Shown here: positions 1 to 9,539 of the stretch, piece by piece
How the letters are laid out: the number at the start of each line of letters is the position of its first letter
Position numbering within the stretch: the stretch's first letter is position 1
Source of the DNA: Eubacteriales bacterium
GTDB taxonomy: Bacteria > Bacillota > Clostridia > Oscillospirales > CAG-272
DNA: 64,000 nt
Direction of reading: 5' to 3'
Assembly: GCA_045594785.1 (NCBI GenBank)
Contig: JAZNZE010000001.1
Location: forward strand, 264-64,263
The notes under the pieces: model-generated
Seen by the model: only the letters and a program-made list of their open reading frames with translations
Databases searched by the model: none
Told to the model about the DNA's origin: nothing
Program-made: the position numbers and the translations under genes

Positions 1-618
1 TGACGGTGAAACGCCGGCTTCGGCTTTAAAAAGCTTCCTAAAATACACCTCACTCATACCAACAAGCTCCGCAAGTGCCGGAATACCCAGAGATACATCA
101 GAATAATGTGCATTAATATAATCCCTCACGTCAATCATTTTATCCTTATTTGTCTTTCTGATATACGTTTCGCTTTTTGTTGCTATTATAGCAGAATATA
201 TCGCGTATATAAGGGATAATGATTCTGTAAAATAGGTTTTGCTTTGAGCGTTGTACAAATTTAACAGCTTTAAAAAAAGTTTTTCTGCAGAGTGGTCGTG
301 CTTTGGTGTGAAAAACGCGCTTTTTTTAGGTATATCATCGCTAAATTCAAAATCACAAAATATAAACCTGTAATCTTCGTTTATACACAGGGTATACCTC
401 TCGCCGCGCGAAAGATACATTATATCCCCTGCCTTAACCGTAAAGCTCGTTCCATCTTCACAATCGTAATTGCAGCTGCCCGAAAGAATATAAACAAAAA
501 CGTCTGAGGGTCTGCCGTCAATAAAAAAACGCTTATGACAGTTTTTATTTTCAGCATTAATAACTCTAAGTACATTTTTTATTAAAAAATTGTTTTGCAA
601 AATATCTGATTTTTCCAC
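1..618 (-). CDS. AraC/XylS-family transcriptional regulator (cupin sensor + HTH), C-terminus cut by window edge
   Basis: Not in the ORF track because it runs off the edge. Reverse-strand reading from GTG 618-616 (RBS GAGGTG = 625-630, 6-nt spacer) gives VEKSDILQNNF...AGDIMYLSRGERY (cupin-like). It stays open to position 1, ending ...GMSEVYFRKLFKAEAGVSPS, a typical AraC HTH. Divergent from the GRE operon. Confidence 0.75.
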   Translation of the reverse strand, partial: MEKSDILQNNFLIKNVLRVINAENKNCHKRFFIDGRPSDVFVYILSGSCNYDCEDGTSFTVKAGDIMYLSRGERYTLCINEDYRFIFCDFEFSDDIPKKSAFFTPKHDHSAEKLFLKLLNLYNAQSKTYFTESLSLIYAIYSAIIATKSETYIRKTNKDKMIDVRDYINAHYSDVSLGIPALAELVGMSEVYFRKLFKAEAGVSPS

Positions 619-768
619 AAAAATCACCTCTCTGTTTTTAATTATACAAGTTTCTAAGGCTAATTTCAAGCAGTTAAGCTGTTTTTGTTTCGAAAAATGT
701 AAAAATACTGTTTTTTACCATTTACAATTATAATACCGAGGTATATAATTAAAACGGAGGTAACGATT

Positions 769-2838
769 ATGAATAACCAAACCGATATTATTGATAAGAT
801 AAGGAGCTTTATTCCTATCGATGGAAAAGATGCTATATATACCGATTCAAAGCTAACAGAATATATTTTTGACCATTGTGATATTTTCTTTACGGACAGC
901 TCTCGCTTTTTCTGTCAAACGAGAGTTGGCGGTCAAATGTACGCTACTTACACCGAGGTTCTGCTTAAAAGATTTGATATCGAATATAAGCCTTATAATG
1001 ACGAGACGATAAAAAGACTTCTTGAAACTAATGCACTTGAGTGGCGCTTTGATTTCGGTCACACAAGCCCTAACTGGAAAGAAATTATCTCTCTGGGATT
1101 TGTTGGACTTAAAAAAAGAGCCGAGGAATATGAAAAGCATTGTTCTGATCCGGAAAAACTCCGTTTTTATTCCGCGCTTGTAAGAGTTTACAATGCAGCT
1201 GAGCGTTTTATTTACAGAATCATATCCAAAGCAACTGCCGAAGGCAGAACCGAAATAGCAAACGGACTTAAAAATCTGCTCGTTTCCGCTCCAAAGAATT
1301 TATTTGAAGCTTTCCAAATGTTGCTTTTATATCATAATATGCAGCATTTTGCCGAGCACACCTGGATAAGAACCTTTGGAAGAGTCGATTCCCTTCTCTA
1401 CCCCTTTTATTCTCTTGAAAATACCGATGTGGCAAGAGAGATGGTAAGCGACTTTATAAACGAAATTAACGGTCACGGAATGTCTGAAAATCAACCGTTT
1501 GCACTTGGCGGAACAGACGACAACGGAAACGACCTTATTAACGAGCTGTCATACGTATTTATTAATGAATACAGAAAGCTTAACCCGCCTTATGTTAAAA
1601 TTCACGTTATATGCACCGATAAAACGCCTAAGGATTTCTTACTTCTCGCTCTTGATTCCATAAGAAACGGAGCTAACAGCATATGCTTTTTCGGTGATAA
1701 TGCTCTAAAAAAGGCACTTTTAAAGCTTGGCGCTGAGGAAAAGGACGTATCAGACTATCACATAGACGGCTGTTATGAGGCAGGAGCATATGGAGAGCTT
1801 ACCTCCCCCGCTACCGCAAGAATGTCGATAGGAAAAGCTTTTGAATATACCTTACATAACGGAACTGACGTATTTACGGGCTACGATTTAGGGCTTCCAA
1901 TTACCGAAAAGCTTGATACCTTTGAAAAATTCTATAATGAATTTTTGCGTCAGCTAAAGAATTTATCCGAGCTTGTAAAAAAATACGTAGGTCTTATGGA
2001 AAAGCTGTATCCAAGGCTGCACGCAGGTCTTTTGTTCACATCAACGTTTAAGGAATATATGGAAAACGGCAGAGACGTTTTTGCCGGATTCGGTGCGAAA
2101 TATAATAACACCTCTATTTGCGGCATAGGTCTTGCTACGGTTGTCGATTCGTTGATGGCGGTCAAAAAGCTGGTTTACGATGATAAAACAATGTCTCTTG
2201 GAGAGCTATCCGAGCTTATGAAAAACAACTGGCGCGGTAACGAAAAGCTAAGACTTATGGCTAAAAATAGGTTTCCCAAATACGGAATGGCGAACAAAGC
2301 GGTAGATTTCTATGCGGCAGACCTTGCTAACCGGCTCGCTGATATGATAAACAAGGTACCAAATGAAAAAGGCGGATATTACCGCCTCGGACTTCATTCG
2401 ATAACTGTTCGTTGGCTTATGGGCTCTACCCTTGCCGCAACTCCTGACGGAAGACTTGCAGGAGAAAGCACCTCGCTTAACACAGGCGCTTCGTTTGGTG
2501 CGGACAGAGAAGGCATAACCGCACACATTCTCTCTGTTACCGAAATTGATTCCTCAAATTCTCCAAACTCGGTTACGCTAGACCTTGATATGCACTCCTC
2601 TATGGTTATGGGCGAAAACGGACTAAACGCTATGTACGCAACCTTAAAAACCTACCTCGAAAGAGGCGGATTTTCTATTCACTACAACGTTCTTAATGCC
2701 GATGTTTTACGTGCGGCACAGAAAAAGCCTGAGGACTACCCTAATCTTCAGGTTCGCCTATGCGGTTGGAATGCTCTTTTCAACAATCTTCCAAAAAATC
2801 AACAAGACGAGTATATAGCTCGTTTCAACGGTATATAA
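769..2838 (+). CDS. glycyl radical enzyme (PFL2 / dehydratase-lyase type), short form, substrate unknown
   Basis: 689 aa. The C-terminal fingerprint VRLCG666WNALFNNLPKNQQDEYIARF fits RVxG[FWY]x6-8[IL]x4Qx2[IVY]x2R (Gly codon 2764-2766). Cys loop is DGC335-Y-E337-AG (Cys codon 1771-1773). RBS GGAGG at 756-760. The activase gene starts 3 nt after the stop. Confidence 0.85.
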   Translation: MNNQTDIIDKIRSFIPIDGKDAIYTDSKLTEYIFDHCDIFFTDSSRFFCQTRVGGQMYATYTEVLLKRFDIEYKPYNDETIKRLLETNALEWRFDFGHTSPNWKEIISLGFVGLKKRAEEYEKHCSDPEKLRFYSALVRVYNAAERFIYRIISKATAEGRTEIANGLKNLLVSAPKNLFEAFQMLLLYHNMQHFAEHTWIRTFGRVDSLLYPFYSLENTDVAREMVSDFINEINGHGMSENQPFALGGTDDNGNDLINELSYVFINEYRKLNPPYVKIHVICTDKTPKDFLLLALDSIRNGANSICFFGDNALKKALLKLGAEEKDVSDYHIDGCYEAGAYGELTSPATARMSIGKAFEYTLHNGTDVFTGYDLGLPITEKLDTFEKFYNEFLRQLKNLSELVKKYVGLMEKLYPRLHAGLLFTSTFKEYMENGRDVFAGFGAKYNNTSICGIGLATVVDSLMAVKKLVYDDKTMSLGELSELMKNNWRGNEKLRLMAKNRFPKYGMANKAVDFYAADLANRLADMINKVPNEKGGYYRLGLHSITVRWLMGSTLAATPDGRLAGESTSLNTGASFGADREGITAHILSVTEIDSSNSPNSVTLDLDMHSSMVMGENGLNAMYATLKTYLERGGFSIHYNVLNADVLRAAQKKPEDYPNLQVRLCGWNALFNNLPKNQQDEYIARFNGI

Positions 2839-2841
2839 ACT

Positions 2842-3732
2842 ATGAAAGGTATTATAAGCGGATTTAAACGCCTTGCGGTTCATGACGGTGACGGTCTTAG
2901 AACTACGGTATTCTTTAAGGGGTGTCCTCTTCATTGTATCTGGTGCCATAACCCCGAAACCTTTTCCTTTCAGAAGGAGATAGCTTTATTTAAGCATAAG
3001 TGCATAGATTGCGGCTCTTGCGTAGAGGAATGTAAGCTCGGAGCTCTTACCAAAGAGGGATTTGATAAAAGCAAGTGCATCGGGTGCGGAAAATGCACCG
3101 AGGCTTGTCCTACAGAGGCTCGAATTCTTTACGGTACAGAATACGAGGCAGCCGAGCTTGTAGAAAAGCTGCTGCTTGACAGGGAGTTTTTCGAAAACGG
3201 AAACGGAGGCGTTACTTTTTCAGGCGGTGAATGTCTTATGCAAATCGATTTTGCTATCGAAGCCGCAAAACTACTCACAGAAAAAGGTATTAGTGTAAAT
3301 ATTGATACCTGCGGATACGTCACACCGCAAAACCTGGAAAAAATTATCCCCTATACCGACACTTTTCTCTACGATTTGAAGGCGATTGACAAGGACGTGC
3401 ATATAAAATGCACAGGAAAAGACAACGAAATTATTCTGCACAATTTACAGCTTTTATCCGAAAAAAACTGCAAAATCGAAATACGATACCCACTGGTTAA
3501 AGGATATAACGATAGCGAATGTGAAAAAATAGGAAGTTTCCTTCAGGGATTTAAAAACATTTCAAAAATTAAGGTGCTTAAATATCACGCTTTTGCAAAA
3601 TCAAAATATGACGCTCTGAATTTTGAAAATACCCTTCCCGATACGGTTACTACAGACGAGGATATGGAAAAGGCTGTAAAAATACTTCGCTCCTTTGGAC
3701 TCAACGCATTAAACGGTGATAAAGAGGACTAA
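2842..3732 (+). CDS. glycyl-radical enzyme activating protein (radical SAM)
   Basis: 296 aa. Radical-SAM cluster motif C28PLHC32IWC35. Two ferredoxin-like motifs, CIDCGSCVEEC and CIGCGKCTEACP. Also has the GGE motif (FSGGECL). Adjacent to the GRE. Confidence 0.9.
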   Translation: MKGIISGFKRLAVHDGDGLRTTVFFKGCPLHCIWCHNPETFSFQKEIALFKHKCIDCGSCVEECKLGALTKEGFDKSKCIGCGKCTEACPTEARILYGTEYEAAELVEKLLLDREFFENGNGGVTFSGGECLMQIDFAIEAAKLLTEKGISVNIDTCGYVTPQNLEKIIPYTDTFLYDLKAIDKDVHIKCTGKDNEIILHNLQLLSEKNCKIEIRYPLVKGYNDSECEKIGSFLQGFKNISKIKVLKYHAFAKSKYDALNFENTLPDTVTTDEDMEKAVKILRSFGLNALNGDKED

Positions 3733-3788
3733 TAAAAATGCTATTTAAAGCGATAATTTTTCAAATCGCGATAAATAGCATTTTCTTT

Positions 3789-5078
3789 TTATTTCACGTA
3801 GTAAGCCTTGATATCCTTGATTTTATGCTCACCGTCAGACGAATTAATTACAATCTCAAATTTCGATGCTCTGATAGCGGCAAACTTGCAGAATATCTTA
3901 TGACCTACGGTTTTACCTTCAAACACCTGAATTTTGACTTTTCTATAATTAGGAAGATATGCAAATACAGAGAAGGAAGTAATCTTTTGTCCTTCGGTAA
4001 TGTCTTCGCTTATCACAAGAGTATTTGAAAGCTTTTCTGCACTTGGATGCTGCCAGTCGGAATTTTCTACCTCATTATGCGTTACTGTATACGTATTTCC
4101 CTCTTTGACGGGCTTTGAATAACCAAGAGGCTTTCCGTAAGCCGCGCGGATTTTTTCACCGAGCTCAAGTACTCTTTTTGTATCCGCCTCCGGAAGAAGA
4201 CCTCTGTTGTCTGGTCCTATGTTAAGAAGAAAATTAGAGCCTCTGCCAACCGAGGATTCATACATTCCAAAAAGCTCATCAACGGTTTTCAGACTATCCT
4301 CGTTATTATCCCAGAACCAGAGGCTTCTTATCTTACAGTCACACTCTGCAGGTAGAAACATAGCCTCGGAAAGTATTTGTTCTTCCTTAGCAAGCTCGGA
4401 AAAATGAGTTCTGTATACTACGAGAGGATTATTAAGCGAAGCATAACCGTCCTCGTTTCCTACCCAGTGCACGCCTTGTGTCCACTCTGGATTGCAGAAA
4501 GTCAGGATATCGGGCTGAATTTCGCCTATAGCTTTGACAATACGTGGCTTATCGAATTCGTGCTCCTCAGAGCCGCAACCATCAAACCAAAGATAATCTA
4601 TCTTGCCATATCCGGTCAGAAGCTCTCCTATCTGATTAATAAAATAGTCGTCATAAGCCTTTGCGTTTTCAAAGCTTATAGCGTATTTGCCCCACTGCGC
4701 AGGCGAGTAATAAAGACCTACCTTAAGTCCTACCTTGCGGCAAGCATCGGTAAACTCACGCACAACGTCTCCCTTTCCGTTTTTCCAAGGAGTACCTGCA
4801 ACACTATACTCGGAATATTTAGTAGGCCACAGAGCAAAGCCGTCATGATGCTTACAGGTCAAAATTGCGTAAGTAGCGCCTGCCTCCTTTATGGTGCGAA
4901 GCCAGCTCTCGCAATTAAGCTCTCTGGGATTAAATGCCTCCATAGACATTTCCTTGCCGTCCCAGTCATCATGACCGGGATAAAAGGAGCGAATTCCAAA
5001 ATGAAAAAATGCGCCAAATTCCCAATCCAAAAATTCAAGTTTCTTCTCAAAGCTATTCATTTCGTTCTCCTTACTCAC
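3789..5078 (-). CDS. alpha-L-fucosidase, GH29 family
   Basis: 429 aa with WEFGAFFHFG and CKHHDGFALWPTKYSEY motifs typical of GH29. No signal peptide. Overlaps the upstream SDR gene by 8 nt. Confidence 0.8.
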   Translation of the reverse strand: MSKENEMNSFEKKLEFLDWEFGAFFHFGIRSFYPGHDDWDGKEMSMEAFNPRELNCESWLRTIKEAGATYAILTCKHHDGFALWPTKYSEYSVAGTPWKNGKGDVVREFTDACRKVGLKVGLYYSPAQWGKYAISFENAKAYDDYFINQIGELLTGYGKIDYLWFDGCGSEEHEFDKPRIVKAIGEIQPDILTFCNPEWTQGVHWVGNEDGYASLNNPLVVYRTHFSELAKEEQILSEAMFLPAECDCKIRSLWFWDNNEDSLKTVDELFGMYESSVGRGSNFLLNIGPDNRGLLPEADTKRVLELGEKIRAAYGKPLGYSKPVKEGNTYTVTHNEVENSDWQHPSAEKLSNTLVISEDITEGQKITSFSVFAYLPNYRKVKIQVFEGKTVGHKIFCKFAAIRASKFEIVINSSDGEHKIKDIKAYYVK

Positions 5079-5856
5079 TCTTAGGTATTATTGGATAAAG
5101 CTGTATAGTGTTTCCGCCGTCTATAACAAGCTCAGCGCCCGTGGTGTTTCTCGAAGCGGTAGCAAAATACCAAACAGCATCAGCAACGTCACTTCCTACC
5201 GCAACGTCACCAAGGGGTGTAAATCTTGAAGGAACGTCCTTATAAAAATCGGGATTTTTCTCCCATCGGTCTGTTTTTATCATACCCGGAAGAACCGCAT
5301 TTACTCTTATGTTATACTTTCCCAAGTCAAGCGCCATTGCTCGCATCATTCCGAGCTGACCTCCCTTTGATGCGGAATAAGCTATTCTATTTGGAATTGC
5401 TCTGTAAGCGGTATTTGAATTTATAAATATAATATTTCCGCCGCCCATTTTAATCATTCTTTTTGCCGCATACTCGGAAAGACAGTAATTCCATACCATA
5501 TTTGTATTTATTACCTTCATAAAATCGGTGAGAGGATTTTTAAAAATCTCTATACCAAGCCCCTGATCAGCAGCGTTAAGAACGAGCGTATCAACAAAAA
5601 TGCCCTTCGCGTCAAGGTCGGAAAACATAGCGTTAACCGCATCTTCATCAACTGTTCTTTCGTCAATCAGAGAGTCAATAGCATATCCGATTATCTTTAC
5701 GGCAGGAAATTTTTTGGTATATTCTGCCTGGGATTTTTCTACGGTTTCGAGTTTTCTCCCCGTAAACACAACGTCCCACCCCTCCGAAGCAAACTTCTCG
5801 ACTATGGCAACTCCCGTATTAATACACGCGCCCGTTATCAAAACCGTTTTCTTCAT
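5071..5856 (-). CDS. short-chain dehydrogenase/reductase (SDR)
   Basis: 261 aa. N-terminal Rossmann motif VLITGACINTGVA. Catalytic Y-x3-K (YSASKGG). 4-nt overlap with the upstream gene. Confidence 0.8.
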   Translation of the reverse strand: MKKTVLITGACINTGVAIVEKFASEGWDVVFTGRKLETVEKSQAEYTKKFPAVKIIGYAIDSLIDERTVDEDAVNAMFSDLDAKGIFVDTLVLNAADQGLGIEIFKNPLTDFMKVINTNMVWNYCLSEYAAKRMIKMGGGNIIFINSNTAYRAIPNRIAYSASKGGQLGMMRAMALDLGKYNIRVNAVLPGMIKTDRWEKNPDFYKDVPSRFTPLGDVAVGSDVADAVWYFATASRNTTGAELVIDGGNTIQLYPIIPKSE

Positions 5857-6728
5857 ATCGCGTCTTCCTCTCTATCAAAAACTCGCACATAGTCAACAAC
5901 GAACTCATCTCCGACTTTTGCAGCAATTTTTGCTTCTTCAGTAGGAGCGTGCTCTGCCGTTCTGTATCCGTTTACTTCCGTAGAGATAAGGATAAACTGG
6001 GGAATATGTGATACGGGACTTTCTGCTTTTTCTCCGTCCTGAACCCCGTCCACAAAAAACGTATATCCGTCAGACTCCCATAGAACACCAAACCTATGGT
6101 ATTCATCAAGCGACATTCCGCTTTTTTGTTCCCCTATGATCCGCCTCTTATGATCTTCTCCGTATCCGTCATAATGCAAAACGTGAACGCTGACCTCTCC
6201 GGGACTAAAGCTTTCCATAATGTCGACTTCTATTCCCGAAAGTCCAGGATCAAGGCTTGAACCAATAATTTGAGACTGAAGCCAAAAAGCCGACCACCAT
6301 CCCGCATGCTTCTGCAGCTTACAACGGCATTCGTAGTATCCGTAACGATGTGTAAATTTGGATTCTGTAAGCTTACCGATAGGCCATTGCAGACCCGAAT
6401 TATCTTCGTGCTTCACTTTATTGGCTACCTCGTCATTTGTGCGAGGTGAATCTACCCAATTTGCGCCGGTCTGAAGATGCGGAGAGCATATTTCCCCGTC
6501 TTTTTCAAATATTTTAAAAACTGCGTTTGAATTACCTTCAAGTATAACTCCATCATCAGAAAAGCAAAGGTGTCTTTTTCCCCAAATATGAGTTCTGTAT
6601 TCCCATTTTGTAGTATCAAGCTCTTTTCCGTCAAATTCGTCAGACCATGCAAGCTTCCAGTTGCCCTCAGGCAAAAGACTCGGCTCGTGTCCATCTATTT
6701 CAAATATTTTCATACCGTTTATCCTCAA
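5853..6728 (-). CDS. glycoside hydrolase family 16 protein (cytoplasmic)
   Basis: 291 aa. N-terminal WKLAWSDEFDGKELDTTKW. GWWSAFWL motif. Catalytic E-x-D-x-x-E (GIEVDIMES). No signal peptide. Confidence 0.75.
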   Translation of the reverse strand: MRINGMKIFEIDGHEPSLLPEGNWKLAWSDEFDGKELDTTKWEYRTHIWGKRHLCFSDDGVILEGNSNAVFKIFEKDGEICSPHLQTGANWVDSPRTNDEVANKVKHEDNSGLQWPIGKLTESKFTHRYGYYECRCKLQKHAGWWSAFWLQSQIIGSSLDPGLSGIEVDIMESFSPGEVSVHVLHYDGYGEDHKRRIIGEQKSGMSLDEYHRFGVLWESDGYTFFVDGVQDGEKAESPVSHIPQFILISTEVNGYRTAEHAPTEEAKIAAKVGDEFVVDYVRVFDREEDAI

Positions 6729-7885
6729 AAATAAAACTCAGTTTTAGCAGGTCTTATATCTGTAAGCGCCCCCGTGTAGTGCCTTAACGTATGCACCTGA
6801 TAAGGATGCTTTAAGCATTCTTGCTCGTTAATTTCAATACCAAGTCCCGCCTTGTCGGGAATTTTGATATATCCATCGTTATATTCGAGCGCTTCATTTG
6901 TAACGCCCCCTCGCCACTCAACGTCAGAATACATAATCTCAAGTATTTCAAAATTCGGGCAGGTTGCGGCAAGCTGAAGCGTTGCAGCGTTAGCTATCGG
7001 GCCCGAGGGATTGTGCGGGGCAAAAGGAATATATCTGCTTTCTGCCTCGGCGGCAATTTTCTTAAGCTCCATAATTCCGCCTGCGTGAGAAATATCAGGC
7101 TGTATGTAATCTGCCGCCATTTTATCAAACATAGGACGGTAGTCCCATCTTGTATAAAGTCTTTCTCCTGCCGAAATAGCAACCGGAGACTTGTCCTTAA
7201 CTGCTTTGAGAGCATCGAGATTATCAGGCGGTACAGGCTCCTCAAAGAACATAGGCTTAAACTGTTCCAGCTCCTTTGCGATTTTTATAGAAGTAGGAAT
7301 ATTGAATCTTCCGTGGCCTTCGATAAGAAGGTCTACTTTATCGCCAACCGCTTCGCGAACGGCTGCAACGCACCTGAGTGCTTTATCGAGCTCTGCGTTT
7401 GAAATATTCAGATAATTCTTTCCGAAAGGATCCCATTTCATAGCCGTTACGCCACGCTTTACGGCAATTTTAGCCTTCTCTCCAAACTCCTCCGGCTCCT
7501 TTGCACCGGCGAACCAACCGTTTACGTATATTCTCACCTTATCGTTTACCTTTCCGCCGAGAAGCTGATAAACCGGAACACCAAGACTTTTACCAAGAAT
7601 ATCCCAGAGCGCCATTTCAATCGCAGAAAGTGCAGACATAAGCACAGCTCCGCCTCTCCAATAAGCATCTCTGTATATATCGTGCCAATGCTTTTCTATC
7701 TCAAATGGATTTTTACCAACGAGATATTCCTTTATATGCTCAATAGCACCAAAAAGAGCCTTTTCTTTATATTCAAGAGTTGCCTCTCCTACACCTGATA
7801 TTCCTTCATCGGTATAAACCTTAACGAACACCCAATTTGTGCGGAAGCAATCTACGGCGAACGTTTTTATATCGGTAACCTTCAT
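6725..7885 (-). CDS. enolase-superfamily acid-sugar dehydratase/cycloisomerase (mandelate racemase/muconate lactonizing family; galactonate/mannonate dehydratase-like)
   Basis: 386 aa. The N-terminal capping domain is VFVKVYTDEGISGVGEAT...ALSAIEMALWDILGK. The barrel-domain acidic ligands lie in LLIEGHGRF / FFEEP / ISAGE contexts. 4-nt overlaps on both sides. Confidence 0.8.
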   Translation of the reverse strand: MKVTDIKTFAVDCFRTNWVFVKVYTDEGISGVGEATLEYKEKALFGAIEHIKEYLVGKNPFEIEKHWHDIYRDAYWRGGAVLMSALSAIEMALWDILGKSLGVPVYQLLGGKVNDKVRIYVNGWFAGAKEPEEFGEKAKIAVKRGVTAMKWDPFGKNYLNISNAELDKALRCVAAVREAVGDKVDLLIEGHGRFNIPTSIKIAKELEQFKPMFFEEPVPPDNLDALKAVKDKSPVAISAGERLYTRWDYRPMFDKMAADYIQPDISHAGGIMELKKIAAEAESRYIPFAPHNPSGPIANAATLQLAATCPNFEILEIMYSDVEWRGGVTNEALEYNDGYIKIPDKAGLGIEINEQECLKHPYQVHTLRHYTGALTDIRPAKTEFYF

Positions 7886-8559
7886 ACAAATTTTATCTCC
7901 TTATAAATTTCGGGTACGATTTTATTTTTATACTCAAATAAACTTGCATCTAACTCATCAAACATACCAAAATGAATCGGAACTGCAATTTCGGGATTAA
8001 TTCTTTCGCAAAAACGATTTGCATCAACAGTATTCATATTGTTTCCAACTCCGTTTATTGGGAGAAACAAGGCATAAATATCGTTTGGAATATGTTCGAA
8101 GTTTTTTTCGTTATAAAGAGTATCACCCGTGACGTAATACTTTTTATTTCCGTCATCAATTATAACGCCAATCGGAGTTGGGTCACTATGCTCTGCCCTG
8201 ACCGCAGTAACCCTTATTCCCTTTTCTGTCCAAGAAGTCCCATCATTAAAGAGAACGAAATTATTATTTCCACCAAGGCTTCGCACCACGGCAAAAACAG
8301 ATGCGGGAGATAGCACCGTAATAGCAGAATCCTCGTTAATAAATCTCTCTGCCGTTTCAGGATCGTAATGATCCAGGTGATTATGGGTAAAAATCATTAT
8401 ATCCGGCTTTATATCAAAAATCTCTTCGCAAACAGGCTGACGCCTGTAATTCTTCGGATTGACCTTTTCCACGCTATCCGATAGATACGGATCTATCATA
8501 ATTTTTACTTTTTCATTTTCAAAAAGAAGTCCTGCCTGACCAAGCCACGTAATCTTCAT
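7882..8559 (-). CDS. MBL-fold metallo-hydrolase (possible sugar-lactonase role)
   Basis: 225 aa with the HxHxDH motif (THNHLDHYD). First gene of the five-gene overlapping operon. Confidence 0.7.
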   Translation of the reverse strand: MKITWLGQAGLLFENEKVKIMIDPYLSDSVEKVNPKNYRRQPVCEEIFDIKPDIMIFTHNHLDHYDPETAERFINEDSAITVLSPASVFAVVRSLGGNNNFVLFNDGTSWTEKGIRVTAVRAEHSDPTPIGVIIDDGNKKYYVTGDTLYNEKNFEHIPNDIYALFLPINGVGNNMNTVDANRFCERINPEIAVPIHFGMFDELDASLFEYKNKIVPEIYKEIKFV

Positions 8560-8671
8560 TTTTTCTCTCCGGTATTGACTTTTTTCTTTTTTTAGTATAT
8601 TATATTTTCTATGATAATTATATAGTAATCTTATCTGTTTTGTTAGAAATCTTATTAACTTAGAGGTTAAA

Positions 8672-9484
8672 ATGAAATTTAAACTTCCCGAAATACTGTC
8701 AATAGGAATTTACGACTCAAATATTGCGCTCAGAAGCGAAACCATTACCCAAAACAGAAGAACTACAAGGTTCGAAATAGAACTTCCGATTGAAAAAGGC
8801 GGTACTTCTTATATTAACGGTGAAGAAATGCAGATTGAAGAAAATATGGTTATATGCGCAAAGCCATCGCAAATCCGCCATACAAGGCTTCCATATAAAT
8901 GCTACTTTCTGTATTTGATATTGGAAGACGGATATCTTTACGATAATCTTATTAAATTACCTGCTTTTATAAAAACCGAAAAATACGAAATTTATCAAAG
9001 GATATTTGAGAGCCTATACAGTCACTTTACTTACGGTATAGAAAATGACGAGATAATTCTTCAAAGTCTTGTTTTGGAGCTTATACATAACCTAAATAAA
9101 GACTCAAAAACCTCTGCCGCGCGTGAGAATATAAATGAAAACAACTACAAGGCAGTCTCAAAAGCCATAAGTTATATAAAAAACAATCTAAGTGCTGACC
9201 TTTCCCTTGAGGCTATCTCAAGATTGGTTGGCTTCAGCCCGATACATTTTCATAACGTATTCAAGGCATCAACCGAAAGAACTTTACGCGAATACGTTGA
9301 GGAAAAAAGAATAAGAAAAGCCGAGAACATGCTTTTGACCACAGATTTCACCTTAGCCGAAATTGCATACGAATGCGGCTTTTCCTCGCAAAGCTATTTT
9401 AATTACGCATTCAAAAGAAAAAACGGTAAAACGCCACGCGCATACGCAAAAGAAGCGTTTGAGCGCTACGAGCAGCCGATATAA
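8672..9484 (+). CDS. AraC-family transcriptional regulator
   Basis: 270 aa. C-terminal double HTH (LSLEAISRLVGFSPIHFHNVFK ... LAEIAYECGFSSQSYFNYAFKRKNGKTPRAY). Divergent from the 8559-3789 operon. Confidence 0.85.
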   Translation: MKFKLPEILSIGIYDSNIALRSETITQNRRTTRFEIELPIEKGGTSYINGEEMQIEENMVICAKPSQIRHTRLPYKCYFLYLILEDGYLYDNLIKLPAFIKTEKYEIYQRIFESLYSHFTYGIENDEIILQSLVLELIHNLNKDSKTSAARENINENNYKAVSKAISYIKNNLSADLSLEAISRLVGFSPIHFHNVFKASTERTLREYVEEKRIRKAENMLLTTDFTLAEIAYECGFSSQSYFNYAFKRKNGKTPRAYAKEAFERYEQPI

Positions 9485-9502
9485 AGTAAGATTAACGCAA
9501 AA

Positions 9503-9538
9503 AACGGCATAGGACAAGTAAGCCTATACCGTTTTTTT
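9503..9538. terminator. bidirectional rho-independent terminator between the AraC gene (+) and the GDPD gene (-)
   Basis: Stem AAAACGGCATAGG (9501-9513) / CCTATACCGTTTT (9523-9535) with one mismatch. Flanked by an A-run upstream and a T-run downstream. Confidence 0.65.
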
Positions 9539-9539
9539 A

